A DNA stretch of 64,000 nt from Marsupella aquatica. Taxonomy: Eukaryota; Plantae; Marchantiophyta. The stretch is from positions 7,573,278 through 7,637,277 of the forward strand of contig OZ316896.1 in NCBI GenBank assembly GCA_973895155.1. The letters are read 5' to 3'. Made by a program: the position numbers and the translations under genes. The notes below the pieces were generated by a model. The model was not told the DNA's origin. It ran no database searches and saw only the letters and a program-made list of their open reading frames with translations. Shown piece by piece: positions 11,400 to 25,099 of the stretch (positions are counted from its first letter, which is position 1; each line of letters starts with the position of its first letter).

Positions 11400-14300
11400 C
11401 AGCTTCTAGACGGAACAAACTCTGCTCAGCCCCACAGAAACACAAATGTTAAGGCTCCAAGTCAGAGCTCACAAACAGAAACTCAGATAAATAACATTCA
11501 AAATCTGTCCAGGTTTGTGCAAAGGGTACATATTCATTCTTCTGGAATGAACACGCAATGCATACATCACCTAGACACAGTCATTATAAATCATTGGGCG
11601 ATTGGGGACCACTAAGCAGGTGTGTTCCTATTTCGAGGCTACAGGAAAGGATAGAGTGACACCAAACTCAAGAGTACACCAAAAGAAAAACAGCAAGAAC
11701 CAAAGTCAATCATGTGTGGATAAACTGCACATGGGAAGTTCCCCTGAAGAAGCATCAGTTGCTAACATTGTCACCCGAACCACACCTAGTTTATGACCTC
11801 AATGTCTTCAGCCTCAATATCCAATCCTCAGCCCCCTGGTGCTTCCGTGTTTGTTTTGAAAATTTCTGTGATGAAATAATTATTCAATACATTCAATAGG
11901 AGTTCAGACAATCTGAAGAGGACTTTGGACTTGAATGGGGGACAGCGTGGCCATATAGTTATCCTTGTGGCCTTCAGCTACGTGTCTCACGCTGAATTTC
12001 ACTTTCCAGTTTCGAGAGTTGTGAAGGTCTAGTTTTAGTAACTTCCTCCTGACTCGACTTGGGAGCATTCTCTGTATTTGCTAGCTTGTAGTTAGCTTTG
12101 ACTCCTTTCAGCTTAGTTGACGACCCTCTTGAGATATTAACAATTAATATCAAAGGCATTGAAACAAAGCGGGTGGCAGTTTCAGTATCTCAGGCAATGC
12201 AAAATTAATCCATACTTAATCAGCCCTGGCCACACATTCCTTCAAAGCCCCTCATACTAGCAAGCAGGTCTGGCCTGTGAATCTTGTAGTGCTTAACGAT
12301 ACAAAGCCTTCCCAAGTACCAATTCAAAAGTAGCAGAAATAGATCAAAAGCTAGTTCCGATGATAGCTCCCAAAAGCTTTCCTCAGCCCGATTCCTATGC
12401 ACATCAGAGGAGCTCAAACCATTTAGAAATGAGATCACAGATTACTCTTGACAATCTCAAAAATGCCACAACCTAAGCACTAACAGCTCCGTCCCCCCAT
12501 TCTAATTTCTCCGACAAGTTTGCCTTAAAGCACATCCACTCGCAGTTCAAGCAGATTCAGAATCATCATAGACAATAGAGTGTTCTACCATAGCCCACGG
12601 TAGGTCCACGGCCATCGTAACAAACGCTCCACCCCCGGGGCTTATTAGTATTGCTCACTTTTAAGAAGGGCAGTTTTCGCAAAAGCAGTCTAATTGCCTA
12701 GACTGCACTAGAAAAGTTGGAGGCAATATCACAGCGGAGCATTCTGCGTGTAAGGGAGAGCGACGCCGTTCAGGAGATAGATGTGCGAGAGAGTGAAGAT
12801 GGTGGGGAGCGGAAGATGGGTTGGGACTGGACCCTTGGTGCCGGTGGGTAATATGTGGGGTTTCAATGAACAATGGGCCAGTTTGAGGAGGATTAAGAAG
12901 CGCGCACCCCACGTTCTTGTGTGGTGGTTGGGTGGGGTTTTGTTTGATAGAAGAAGAAATCACCATTCTCTTATGGAAGAAAGAAAATCGCAGGAAACAG
13001 TGGGCGGGAGAACAAGGCATGTAATAGAGAACAACGAGGCATGTAATAGAGTACTTGCGGTTACTCTAACGGTGCACGAACACTCACCTTTGTCTTCCGC
13101 TTTGTCTGCTGTGGCCAACAAATCCCAGAGCGTTGGCGAGCTTGGTGGTTGCTTGATGGTTGAAAGTGCGTAGCTCACGTCCCTACCTCAATGTCCAACT
13201 CAATGTGGGATGCAACAGCTTCTCTTGGTCGCATCTCCTCTTCGTCGCATCTCCTCTTGGTTGCATCTCCTCCTTGTCGCAGCTCCTCTTGGGGTTCACA
13301 GCTAGCGCGCAGCAGCGCTCGATGGTTGACAATGCGCAGCTGAGCTAGGAGAAGAACTCAATGACTGTGGCTGCTCTTCTCTGCAGTCCAAGCACCCGGC
13401 TGGCAGAATGCTACGACACCTGAAAGAAGCGCACTTTCAGCTGCATGGCCGGGACTAGTAGAAACCGTTGACGGTGAAGGGCATTCTCGGTTTGGACCTC
13501 CTCTCTCCAACCCCTTCTAACCCGCACCTCCAAAGTTGATTCGGGAGTTGATTAGCAATAACGTCGCTCCTATGCCAAAGGCACCAAGAACCAAGCCAAA
13601 AGAAAGGGTTTAGCAAAGGGAGAGCGATGTAGTGTGCACTGATCAATGACTCAAAGTTGACGTCGAACCCTCCATTGCGCTAGCTATTGGCGATTGCCAC
13701 ACAGAGAGCAGCCGTATGTAGCAAACTATAATGCAGATACTCCCGTCAAAGGTCGATGCGTCACACTCAGCTTTAGAGGAAGGATAAACGATTGAGCAGC
13801 ATTGCATTGTGCAAAAATGTTGGAGAAGCACATTGCTTCCAGGCCCGAGCTCACCTCCTTCCCCTTTCACCACTTCGCAGCTCCTCCAAGAGACATTCAC
13901 TCAAGGGCACATCACGCAGTTGCTTGCCCTCCTCAGAAGCTCAACACCACAGCCACCAAAGTTGTCAGCTCCCACTGCAACTGAACAGGTCACTACCAAA
14001 AGCCCGCTCCCACCGCAGCTGAACAAGTGAGCGACACAAGAGTGTAGGACCTCCGCCAAGCCCAGGGCAGCAGCTCAATGAAACTCAATTTGCAACTCGT
14101 CTCACTCTCGCTCTTGCTGCAAAGAATAAAAAGCGCAGGTCAAACTCCTTTGTGGCCTCAGTCCCCATCGCTTTCCCCAAGCTATGGACAACTACTAGCA
14201 GCTTGCGCTCACAGCATGACATCCAGGTCTTTAGCCAACTGCACACTGGAAACCGAGAGAAGTGAGCGCAGTCACGCAAGGCCAAAAAAGACCAAAGTTG

Positions 14301-14900
14301 AGCCAAAGCAAAACTTTACTAATGTATTTACAGTCAAGCATGAGGGCAATCAGGTAAGCAGAAGACCACGCATTCCCGCAAAGAGTTGTAGGTTCTCGTC
14401 ACTTCCTCGCCTCTGTATAGAAGGTCGATCGTTGTATCTCGGGTACCCAATGATAGTGGAGATGAATGCAAATAGGCCTCACCAATCGCCAGTCATCCGC
14501 GATAAACCTCCCGACAACCTTGCTCCTATACACCTTAGCACCCGCGTTGTCACCACAGGAAAGACGAATGTAAGATTTAGGGCCCACCTAAACCCTATAG
14601 TGAGATTGCAGTCGACAATGGGTCATATAGCAAAGGTCGAAGCTCCAAGCCCTACGCAATGACATGAAATCCCACCTCCAAAAGCGCTAAATGTATTGAC
14701 TGAGTGCGATCAGGTGCAAGAGTCGAGAGCAACTGAGGAAAAGTGCATTATCGGGCGCAAAGTGTTTGGCCTTGGATTCCCTTGCAGAAACGTGAAGGAA
14801 AACCCTGGTGGTAGCCGTCGACACTTTGTACAATTTTCCTTTACAAAATCTGTTTACCCTAAACATTGAGTCGACTGGAAGGACTCGTTCATAGGCATTC
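11400..14900 (-). mobile_element. Highly degenerate repeat-derived sequence, possibly a LINE ORF1/endonuclease remnant
   Basis: Only weak traces: a decayed zinc-knuckle-like stretch near 13400-13450 and IALPLLNPFFW near 13600-13640. No RT motif seen. Confidence 0.25.
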
Positions 14901-15705
14901 TGCAAGCACCTAACACATTTAGACGTAAGTTCACAGCTAGGATTAAACGGTAACTAAGACCAAGGGTGCATGCATTTTTTTGGGGGGGGGGCTTTTAGTT
15001 GGGTATTTTGGGTATAGTCATTGGGTTAGATAAATATCCTAAGTCACCCAGATGGCAAAAAACAACACCCAAAAGCAGTCATGAAAGCAGTCATGAAAGC
15101 AGGCCCAAGTCTGACATTCCTCGGTGAGTTTTAATATGTGTGTGAGCAGTATGTGACAAGTACCACTAATTGGTTGTGGTGACTTTTTTAAGGTAACTAT
15201 GTATGTAGAGTATTAGGGTTTAGGGTGCATCATTATTTTTGGGGGCATGGCACAAATTTTCACACCTTTTTGAACTCAGTTGCGGCCGTGTACATGAATG
15301 TTAACTTAAATTTGGTTGGTTCTTGTCTAGCTAGAATCACAAATTTGCCCTACTTACCTAAACTTCAATTAGGGTAAAAATGTCATGTATACTTTCTTAC
15401 AGGGGAACAATAAAGAGCAACTCAGTGATGGTTAAAGCAAAGGGAGGTAACTATATATAATTGCATGACATAATGTGATTAATATGATGGATCCAAAATC
15501 ATATGTATTGGGCAAGGAAATCATGTAAGTCATGGTCACTTATATAACTTCAATATACTTGCCTTAACTCAGTTACAGAAGCAACTTTCCCAATAGTTAA
15601 ATACATGACTTCCCAAAACTTCACCAAAAGTGAGTCAAGAAGATGTAACAAAGATGACACCCTAAACCTTGGAGTCACTTATTTTCAAAGGTCTCACACA
15701 AGTCA

Positions 15706-17913
15706 TGTAAGGCTGGGTCTCAGAATGGCTCGGTTTCTTCTAGTGATATCGGGCCCGTACACACAGGGCCTAGCGCTACTGTGCGCATAGGTCTATACGT
15801 ATGCTTACTGTCATAGGTATGTTTCTATTCCGCCGCTGGAATGTACCCATAAACCAGTGACTCCTGACTGATTCCCGGCTTAGGGACTTCTAAGCCATTG
15901 CCCCACCACTCTGCCATTCCACTCTCAGCAATCAGAGCTATGACAGTCCTCACCCAGCCCGCTTCAATGCACCCTGTACACCTCTCAGTGGCACTGCTAG
16001 TCCCATCATACACTCAGATTGCCTCACACACACACACATCCATGAGAGAAATGAGGCCTGAGAGGAAAACTCAATTAGATTCAAAGATGTGCACAATAGT
16101 TCATTGAGAACACTTGATCCGAACACTAGGGCCGAATGCTGTCCCCTCCAGATTGTGACGTGCTTGCCCCGCAAGCCCCATGCTTGCCATGCAAGCTCAA
16201 TCCTGAACCTGAGCCCGGCTCACTCCAGATTGCGACGGCAGATTGGACTCAAACCAATCCCGTACTTGCCTTGCAAACTCAATCCTGAACTCAACCTCCT
16301 TCACTGCACTTCATTCTTGGGGGCACATACAGATCTCACACCTCCAATTCAGAACGTCAAGTTACGCATGCATAGTTGACTCGACTTCAAAGCTGGTACC
16401 AGGCCTAACGATGATCTATCCCAGACTGCAATGAGGCCCGGCCTCACGCTTGCCCTGCAAGCTCAGCTCTGGCCATAAATCCCTTAGTGCTCTCTACCAG
16501 ACAAAGGCCGGGACTCCCCATGGATCACGTAGCCTTGCCAGACTGAACTGTAAATGCTCCTTCTACTGCCCCTCAATCAGTGTCTCAGCCTCCCTAATGT
16601 GCTCACCACAAATCAAATTGACATCCTCCCCACAGTTTACAATCACCAATACATCACCTATCACCAAGGCTCTGTATCGGGGGAAAAGAACCCAGTTGTG
16701 CTGCCCACTAGAAAGAGCCACAATCCAGCTCGCAAACCTAGCAACCCGTTGCTATGAAGCTTGGCTGATTACTCCCTGAGTAATAGCACAACCAAGCTCT
16801 CCCCAACACGCAGCGTCCAAGTCCAGCCTTGCTTGCACAGAGCTCCTCCCTGCTGCTCAGTCTAAGTGAGATCACACAACTGAAGTCCCCCCTGCCTCTA
16901 CCGGGGGCTGCTCTATATACTCTCATACTGGGCCCAAATGGGTGGATACTACGCTGCTGGAGCCCCATCCCAGCCCTAACAGAGCCGCCACTATCTCTAA
17001 CTACTGAACCCTAACTCGCAACTTTATTTCTATCTCGAATTGGCTATGTACTTCGGATTTGGCCCTCCTCCATGGTTTTCGCGAGCTTGCGCCTCCTCTT
17101 TTGATTTCTCTATTCAACCATTTGTTGCGTGGATAGCAGCGTTGGAAGCGGCTTGAGCTCCTCTTTCCAACGAGGTCAATTATAGCCAATTTGGTCAAAT
17201 ACACAGAAAGTTATGCCCCCGCAACCGAGAGGGGGTACTCACTGCTGCGCTAACCCGAGTTACATAGCTAACCCGAGTTCGGCTAACCTAGCTATCCTAT
17301 CTAACCCGAGTAGAGCTAACCCGTGGTCTCGGGTTAGGCCACTATCCGCTATCCGCTAACCGCTAACCGCTAACCTAAGCTGAGCCCGAACCCGAGCTTA
17401 CCTATGCTAACCTGAGCCCGAGTTTAGGCTAACCCGAGTTAAGTCTAACCCGGGATCAATCTAATCGGAACCCGGGTTAAGCCTAAGCTGAAGCTGTGCT
17501 TACCTGAGCTAAGCTGAAGCCGTGCTTACCTGAGATAAGCTGAAGCCGTGCTTACCTAAGCTAAGCTGAAGCCGTGCTTACCTGAGCTAAGCTGAAGTCG
17601 TGCTTACCTGAGATAAGCTGAAGCCGTGCTTACCTAAGCTAAGCTGAAGCCGTGCTTACCTAAGCTAAGCCGTGGCCGAGCTTGGGTTAACCCGAAACTG
17701 AAGCCGAATCCGCTAATTCCGGCCACAAGTTAACCCGTCACACTAATCAGGCCGTATCTTCCTTAATACACCTCCGTTTCCCGAGTGTTTTATATCGATT
17801 TTACTCGCCTTGACCAGATCTTTCCAATGCTCTTTACAGATCCGGATTTGGTGACATATTGAACGAGATATGGTCGCCGACCACCCGCGACATAGCCTTT
17901 TATTTCCCTAACA
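15706..17913. mobile_element. LTR-like segment (possible solo LTR)
   Basis: Begins TGTAAG (15706) and ends TAACA (17913). Contains a TATA-like CTCTATATA (~16911), GTTGGAA...CTTTCCAACG blocks typical of plant LTRs, and internal tandem repeats. The 5-bp flanks (AGTCA/TTCTA) do not match. Confidence 0.45.
17245..17720. repeat. Tandem repeats: GCTAACCCGAG-type units, then seven 26-bp units (17485-17666)
   Basis: Unit AAGCTGAAGCCGTGCTTACCT(G/A)AG(C/A)T repeats exactly every 26 bp. Confidence 0.95.
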
Positions 17914-18288
17914 TTCTAAGACTAGACTATGAACCACTAACCTAACTAACAAAATGAAGCTACACACCCAAGACATTCAAATTTTATCATGAGAACAATC
18001 ACCATACCACACAGCTTCATATTCAGTTATGGAGACTCGCTTCCTCCTCTCCTCCCCAGCTTCTCCTTTGTGGCCTTGACAGTGACTACCTCAACTGTGT
18101 CTGCCTTGGTTGTGCAGTCTTCAAGCTGAAATACCTTTATCCCTACTCTTAACGCCATGATTGCCCTTATTCTTGCCATCTTGCTAATTGTTATGCGGTA
18201 TCAATAGCTACTCCTTGCATACAGCAACCTAGTTACTCAGATTACAAAATAAGGACCATGTCATTGGCATCACAGTGGGGACCATAAG

Positions 18289-21200
18289 ATGTACTGTCCT
18301 TGTGTGAACTGCAAAGGGAATTATAGGACTAATCGGAATACTGCTAGACTGCACCTTATTAAACATGGTCGGTACCCTGCATGTCGAGTGTGGGTGGGAG
18401 AGGGACAGGACTCTTCTGATGAAGAGTGGGGTGCTGACTACATGTCACAACATGGCCCTGAGGCATTGAGGGTAGCAAACCTTCAGCAGGCAACCTGTGC
18501 ACAACAGCCAATTGTAGATGTTGAAGAACATTTATTTGTAGATGTTCCAGAGTATCCAACTATGGATGTTCCAGAGTATGCAACTGTGGATGTTCAAGAA
18601 CATCCAACTATAGATGTCGAAGAACATATCAGGGCTCTACTGGACGAAACGTTGCTGAGAACCAGTGAAGAATCCCCTGAGCATGAACTAGATGATCAGG
18701 ACCGTTTTGACTTGGATTTTGTACTTGGGGATGATGAGAGTGAAGGAGGTGCCCATCCTGTAAACCCCCTTGAAACCTCCAAAACTCCTGTGGAGACTGA
18801 TCCTGCACAGTTATCTTTAGATGCAGCAATGCAACCTTTGTTCCCAGGCAGCAAAATAGATGTTGTGTCATTCATGTTGCTTCTGCTGAACATCTGTCAT
18901 GGCCATGGATTCTCAAACAAAGGAGTGAATGCATTGTTGTCTTTGATGGGGGAGCATGGTATGCCTGCAGAGCATAATCTGCCCAAGAACTTATATGCTG
19001 CAAAGCAGCTATTGAGAAAGCTTGGCTTGGATTATGAGAGAATCCCTATCTGTGAGAAAGGTTGCATGCTCTTTAGGGGTGAGAATGCCAAGTTAGAAAA
19101 CTGTTCAGTGTGTTAGCAGCCCAAGATGAAGAGAGTGGGGAATTCATTATAGGCAAGGAAGGTGGTGCAGTATTTCCCTATAATTCCCAGGTTGAAGAGA
19201 TTGTATGCCACTGCTGGTACATCTAAATTCATGACTTGGCATCATGAGAATAGAAGCACAGACAACATGGTTCGGCACGCAGCAGATTCCAAGGCTTGGA
19301 AGCATGTGGATACAAATATTGATAAAAAATTTGCAGCTAAACCAAGGAATGTGCGATTTGGGTTGGCACTTGATGGGGTGAATCCCTTTGGAATAATTCC
19401 ACAGCTTGGTCTACCTGGCCAATCTTGTTGTTGAATTACAATTTATCTCCTTGGCTTACCACCAAGAAGTTCTTTGTCATGCTAGCTATGTTGATTCCAG
19501 GACCTGATTCAGTAACAGAGGAACAACTGGACATAATATTGGGCCCATTCTATGGGGAGACGAGACAACATAATATTTGAAGAAGGGAGGAACCAAGGTT
19601 GAGGATGAGAGCTGCCCCATAAAGGTGCATGGAGTGAAGAGGGCTACTGGTCTGTACAAGTTGCCCTATTGGAACGTAAGACTCCATACTACTACAATGA
19701 ATTTCTGCAATCTCTTCATATGACTTTGAAATGTGTTTACTTCCTGTAGCCCAGATTTTGTAATTGTTGTATTCAATGCCCTAATTTCTGAATTGTGTGT
19801 CCACTGCAGGAACTACTCATTAACCATTGTCTAGATCCCATGCACTGTGAGAAGAATCTTGCACACAACATTGTGCACACTATCATTGGGACCAAGGACA
19901 CTCCTTCTGTGCGAGAAGACCTGAAGCTCTTACAGGTGCGCCAACACCTATGGCTTGTACCCAATCCAGCTCCCAAGCGTAAGGATGACAAATTGTTGAT
20001 GCCCCCAGCCCCATATTGCCTGAGCAAGAAGGAAAGAACAAGGTTCTTGGAGGTGTTATTGACCTTGAAAGGGCCCACTGGTTTTTCAAGTTCTTTGGCA
20101 AAGTGTATTACAAAATCCAAGAAACTCTTTGGGTTGAAATCACATGATTTCCACCAACTCATGCAGCAGATTCTCCCTCTGGCAACAATGGGATTACTTG
20201 ATGAAGGGGTTTGCTTGGCCATAGCTGGGATGAGCAATAACTATTGCCAGATCTGTACGAAGGTGTGGGACCCTTCAATGTATGAGAATTTGATGATGGA
20301 TGTTGCATTCACTCTCTGCATTGTGGAAATCCATTTTCCACCAAGCTTCTTTGATGTCATGACCCATTTAATGATTCACCTAGTGGAGGAATTAGACTTG
20401 TGTGGCCCAGTTACAGGCAGATGGATGTACCCAATAGAGAGGAACCTGAAGGTATTGAAGGGTTATGTACGAAACAAGGCACGTCCAGAGGCTTCTATGG
20501 CTGAAGGCTATGTATTAGATGAGTCTTTGGGATTCCTTTCTGAATACATGATTGATGCTCAGGGAGAGGGAAAATGAACCTGGGAGTTGGAGGAGGATGC
20601 TGGCGTTGCAGGCATTGTCTTGGAAGGGGCTGCAAAGGAGATAACTTTGAATTGGTCTGAAATGATGGCCATGCATCATTATATATTGGAGAATGAAGAG
20701 ACAGTGGCTCCATGGTACAGGTATGTAAACCCTGAACCATATGGATCATAATTATGCTACCCCATTGTGTTTATATATTCATGGTGGATCGTGCACTAAT
20801 GTCTTGAGTGTTGTTGTTGCCATGTGGGATATATGATGCTACCAATGAGACTATTACCAAACGAAGAGTGGATTTCCGGAAGATATGGATGAGGAAGCCT
20901 GCCAATCGAAGAAAACCAGTGGAATTTCCCCTTGACTGCCAAGAACTGCCACCTTTCAGGGAATGGTTTCAAACATTAGTCAATACCCATAATTTTGAGA
21001 CAGAGTCTGAGCGGTCATTACTATTTGCATACTCCACACCACCTAGTTTGAAGGCACGACTGTATAGGGCATGCAGAGCCTATGGGCATCACTGGAGGAC
21101 TATTCCATCTTTGGGGTGTTTGAGTGATTGTGATTCTGGTGCATTCAACACTTTTGATTCTGGGATGGCTTTGACATTCACTGAGAAGTGAGTGGACAGG

Positions 21201-21692
21201 TCTGGCGCAACTAGAGAAGAATTTGTACAGTATGTAGGGGCCTTGACAGCTATCTTAGTACTGAATTACGGCAGCTTGAGGAAAGAGGTGATTCTTTTCA
21301 AAGGGAAATGGGCAGATCCATCATGGACTCCTAAATCCTCTGCCAGTATGAGGTATTCTGAGTCTGGTCTTTGGCAGGTGAATTTCCATAGAGATCTGGG
21401 TGTGTCCAAGAAAATGGATTACGTTTTCCCAAAGCAAGTGGAGCAGGTTTTCTTCCACCCCAATGAGAAGGGGATAGCATGGAGAACAATCCAACACAAA
21501 GAATCCAGGTCCACAAGGGTGTTAGGTGATTACACAAATGTTGATTTCCATGCTACAATGGAAAACAATGCCAAATTACACATTGAATTGGCTAAAGCCT
21601 GTAGGACTAGAGCAAATCCAGGACCAAGTACTGGTCCCAAACAAGGCAGAGATGCAGAGGGATCTGCAAGAAAGGGTAGGCCTAAGCAGTGA
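18289..21692 (+). pseudogene. CACTA TnpD/Tnp2 transposase pseudogene
   Basis: MYCPCVNC, YFPIIPRLKRLY, HAADSKAW, PRNVRFGLALDGVNPF, DPMHCEKN, LKSHDFH, FPPSFFDVMTHL, WMYPIER, YVFPKQVEQVFF. Stops at 19114, 19150, 20575 and 21189, a frameshift, and an internal deletion near 19548. Confidence 0.93.
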
Positions 21693-22243
21693 ATAGGTTT
21701 TAGGTGTGTGAAGTCCATAGCTGGACTACATGTATGGACTATATATGAAATCAGACTAATGTTTTGCCCATTTGTGCAGTTGGTGAATGCAGCCTGTGAA
21801 AGGAAGATTGCAGGGGTTGTCACATCCTATGAATTAATGCTTATGAGGAGGCCCGAAAGCGGAACATAGAGCATAATGAGTGCATTATGCGTGATCTAGG
21901 ACTGGGGCCAGACTGCATGCTGATGTGTGTGTTAATATGTCTGTTGCAAATTTGATTTAGTAGATATATGGAGTTGTCAGGTTCATGTTCTGTTTTCATA
22001 TTCCAGATTGGTCTCATACTAGTATGGATCCTGTACATAAGTACCATTGTTACTGTGTTGTAGATTCTGCTTGCATGTATGTTTGATCTGCATTGGTGTA
22101 TGTTGATGATTGCTTTGTTCCTTAGAGGCCCAACCACACATGTACAACGACAGAGAGAAAAGCCTACATTGGTGAAAGGTACTTCAACTGGAACATTGCC
22201 AAAGAGGAGGAGCTCTAGACTATCACAAGTTACCAAGGTGAAC

Positions 22244-24976
22244 ATGGCAGAGTTTGGTGATGATGGCTATGCCAGTGCTGGGTATGACACTGAGGATTCT
22301 GACATTGGAGGGTCAGAACCTGAGAGTGAACAGCAGGTAATGCTTGAACTTCATCATCCTAAACCCTAAATCCTTGTCCTTGTTTCAAAGTAGTTGTTAA
22401 TATGCCTACGTTGTCCATGATGTAGGTACAGAAACAAAATCGTGGTCCTAAGAAGACTGGGCCTGGTGGAGGTGGGCTGGTGAGATTTGGAAAGACCCAG
22501 ACACTGGACTGTTATATGAAAGTGAGTGGATTGTACTGATATACCTTTTCAGTGTGTTTGGAAGTTGATATTCTACATTTTCCTAAAATTCATTGAAGTG
22601 CTTGGTGTTGTGTGTTTGTTTAGTGGTTCCATCAGCATCTGAAGGCAGATCAGGTCAATCTGACGTACTACATTCCAGAGGATCTTCAGGTAATACAAAT
22701 ATGCTCGTCATGCATATGCAAGTGCATTTGCTCAACTTTTCAATGTACATATTTTTTGATTGATAGCATGTGTGTGCATTGCAGGCGGGGCCTCTGAGAT
22801 GCGTAGGGAACGAAGGCATGCTAAGAAGATGTTTGATAATGCTGCCAAAGTACGAAGGAATCAGGGAGATTTGCCCAAACACATTAAAGTGAGTATTGTA
22901 CTTTTTTTGAATGTAGATTTAGACATAGATCCTCTCGATCTGTTATTGTGTGTATAAAACCTGGACTATGCATAAATTCCAGAGTTATGAATTGACATTG
23001 CATGTGAAATGCAGATTTATGACAATGATATTGATGATTCTGATCCCAACAAACAGTACTGGCTGGAGGAACTTCATGGCAATTGATGTACTTAGAATCT
23101 TTGATGTATCAAAGCCACAATGGACTGATCATCCACAAGTTCATATAACTAGTGTGTGGCAGAACATGGCAGCTGAGTGGAAGTATGTGGGTGGGGAATT
23201 TATTGACAACAAATTCCAAAGTCATTGTTGTGGCATATTGAAGAGAGAGCGCCATAAAATGCATGTTTACTGGAAGAAAGTTTGCAATGAGGATCCAACC
23301 AAACCTGGGCCATCTGGTGTTGATCCAAAGAAATGGGCAGCTTTGGTATCTCATTTCACCAGTCCAGCATTGATATCTTTGAGTAAACAGATGACTGATA
23401 AAAGAGCACGAGTGCAAGATACCAGTCACTTTGGTAGGGGAGGGCATGCTGCAGCAGCAAAGAGAATGGTAACTGTCTATATCATTTTCACTATCAATTC
23501 TGTCTTGTTTGTGAATCTTGATGAAAACAGACTCTGAGTTTCTCATTCTTTGTTAGTTTGAACAGAAGCAAAAGAGAGGATCAAGCCTAGGTATATCTGA
23601 CCTGAAAGAAAACCTTGGTAGTCAGGGTTCATTGCCAAAGGTGACAATGAGCCCATCATTGGCAAGTGCAGAAGGTCAGACTGGTAGTTTTTTGGGAGCA
23701 AAGGTGAGCCCGTCATTGGCAAGTGGGGAGGGTAAAGTGCTAGCTTACTGGGGCAAGGATACAGACATGGATCAGCTGTGAGTATTGCCATTCCAATCTG
23801 ATTTATACATCATTTTCCATTTGATAGAGTGTTGTGTCGTTTGTTAGTTTGACAGTGAGAATGTTGTGTTGGTTTGTGGTTCATTTACAGACCCCACATT
23901 CAAAAGAAGAGATCACTGCCATTGGGGCTGTCAAATTGGATGTTGATGAGTTGAAAGGCACTGTGAAGGAGTTGACAAACATGATGACTATATGGATGGC
24001 ACATCACTCCAGTAATGCACAAGTTCCAACATTTGTTCCTAGTCACAGTAAGTTGACTACAGCTACCAAAGAAGGTAGTAGAAAATGATCTCTTACTTTT
24101 TTAGGTGATAATGGAGGTAAAATTCTCTATCATCTATTCACTGTCCATTCAATGTAATTATTGTGGTGTATATATGTCATTGTATGTTATAATGTTCTTG
24201 CATGTTCTAGTGTGATTATATGTTGCTGGTGTATACATATTTGTTTATGCATTTCTCTTGTGTGTGTTTTATGATAGCATCTTTAGGGGAGCCCCCTGTG
24301 TCGCAGGGAAATCCAACTGACACAGCTAACAGTATTCTGAAGCAAAATGAATTGGAAGTGAACCTATTGCCATCTGAGTTGCCCAAAGATGCCATTTCAG
24401 ATGCCTTTCAGTTGCCAAAGGATAAGTCAATTGAGTTGACACCAGATAAAACCCCAGAATCATCTGAGTTGCCAAAAGATACTCCTACTCTAAGTGAACA
24501 GGGTGACACTCCATCAACTAGAAGGGGAAAGTTCAAGAAAAGGAAGAAAGGATCTTTAGCAAATGCATCACCTGCACAGAAGAAACTCATTCAGTCTCCT
24601 AACCCCATTGCAAAGGTAAAAGTGTTGTTAGATTTGAGTGTTAGATTTGAGTGTTCACAAATTGTATCTTTCAATTTGTGCATATTGCATTTTTAACAAA
24701 ATGTGTTATTCACAGGTTGCAAGAGGAGATTTGGTGAAGATGAAGAGTGTTGTGGACAATTCCATGATAGTGGCAGAAGGTGAGGTGACAGGGCTGCCAG
24801 GAGAAGATAAGTTCCATTGTGCAGATTTTGAAAGCCCTTTCTTGCGAGTGCGTGTGATTGATGTATTTGTAGATGTGGCATTGCCATTTGCTAATGCAGG
24901 GGAGAACCAGTCTAAGTTATCTGATGTGAAGGGGATGAATGCCCTGTGGAACTCTAGATTGCTCAAGAAGCAGTAG
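22244..24976 (+). CDS. CACTA TnpA-like protein, multi-exon (Transposase_24-type core plus C-terminal beta-rich Tnp1/DUF8039-type domain)
   Basis: KKWAALVSHF..S.QMTDKRARVQDTSHFGRGG motif (22950-23470) and terminal exon GDLVKMKS..VAEGEV..FH..RVRVIDVFVDVALPF..ALWN. GT-AG introns. Integrity not verified. Confidence 0.75.
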
Positions 24977-25099
24977 AAGCAGCCATGTGCCAAGAAGCGA
25001 TAGACATGATAGAAGTAGGTTTTGTAGAATGAGAATGACAACTCTATTTTTCTACAGACATTAAGAGTTGTTGGTATTTCAGATTGTAGCACTTGACAA

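Noticed and set aside
14078-14662. 194-aa ORF and neighbouring ORFs at 12.6-14.9 kb as genes
   Set aside because: No recognisable motifs; consistent with decayed repeat sequence.
15701-17918. Clean solo LTR with TSD
   Set aside because: Flanks AGTCA and TTCTA differ and no PBS or PPT was seen; kept only as LTR-like.
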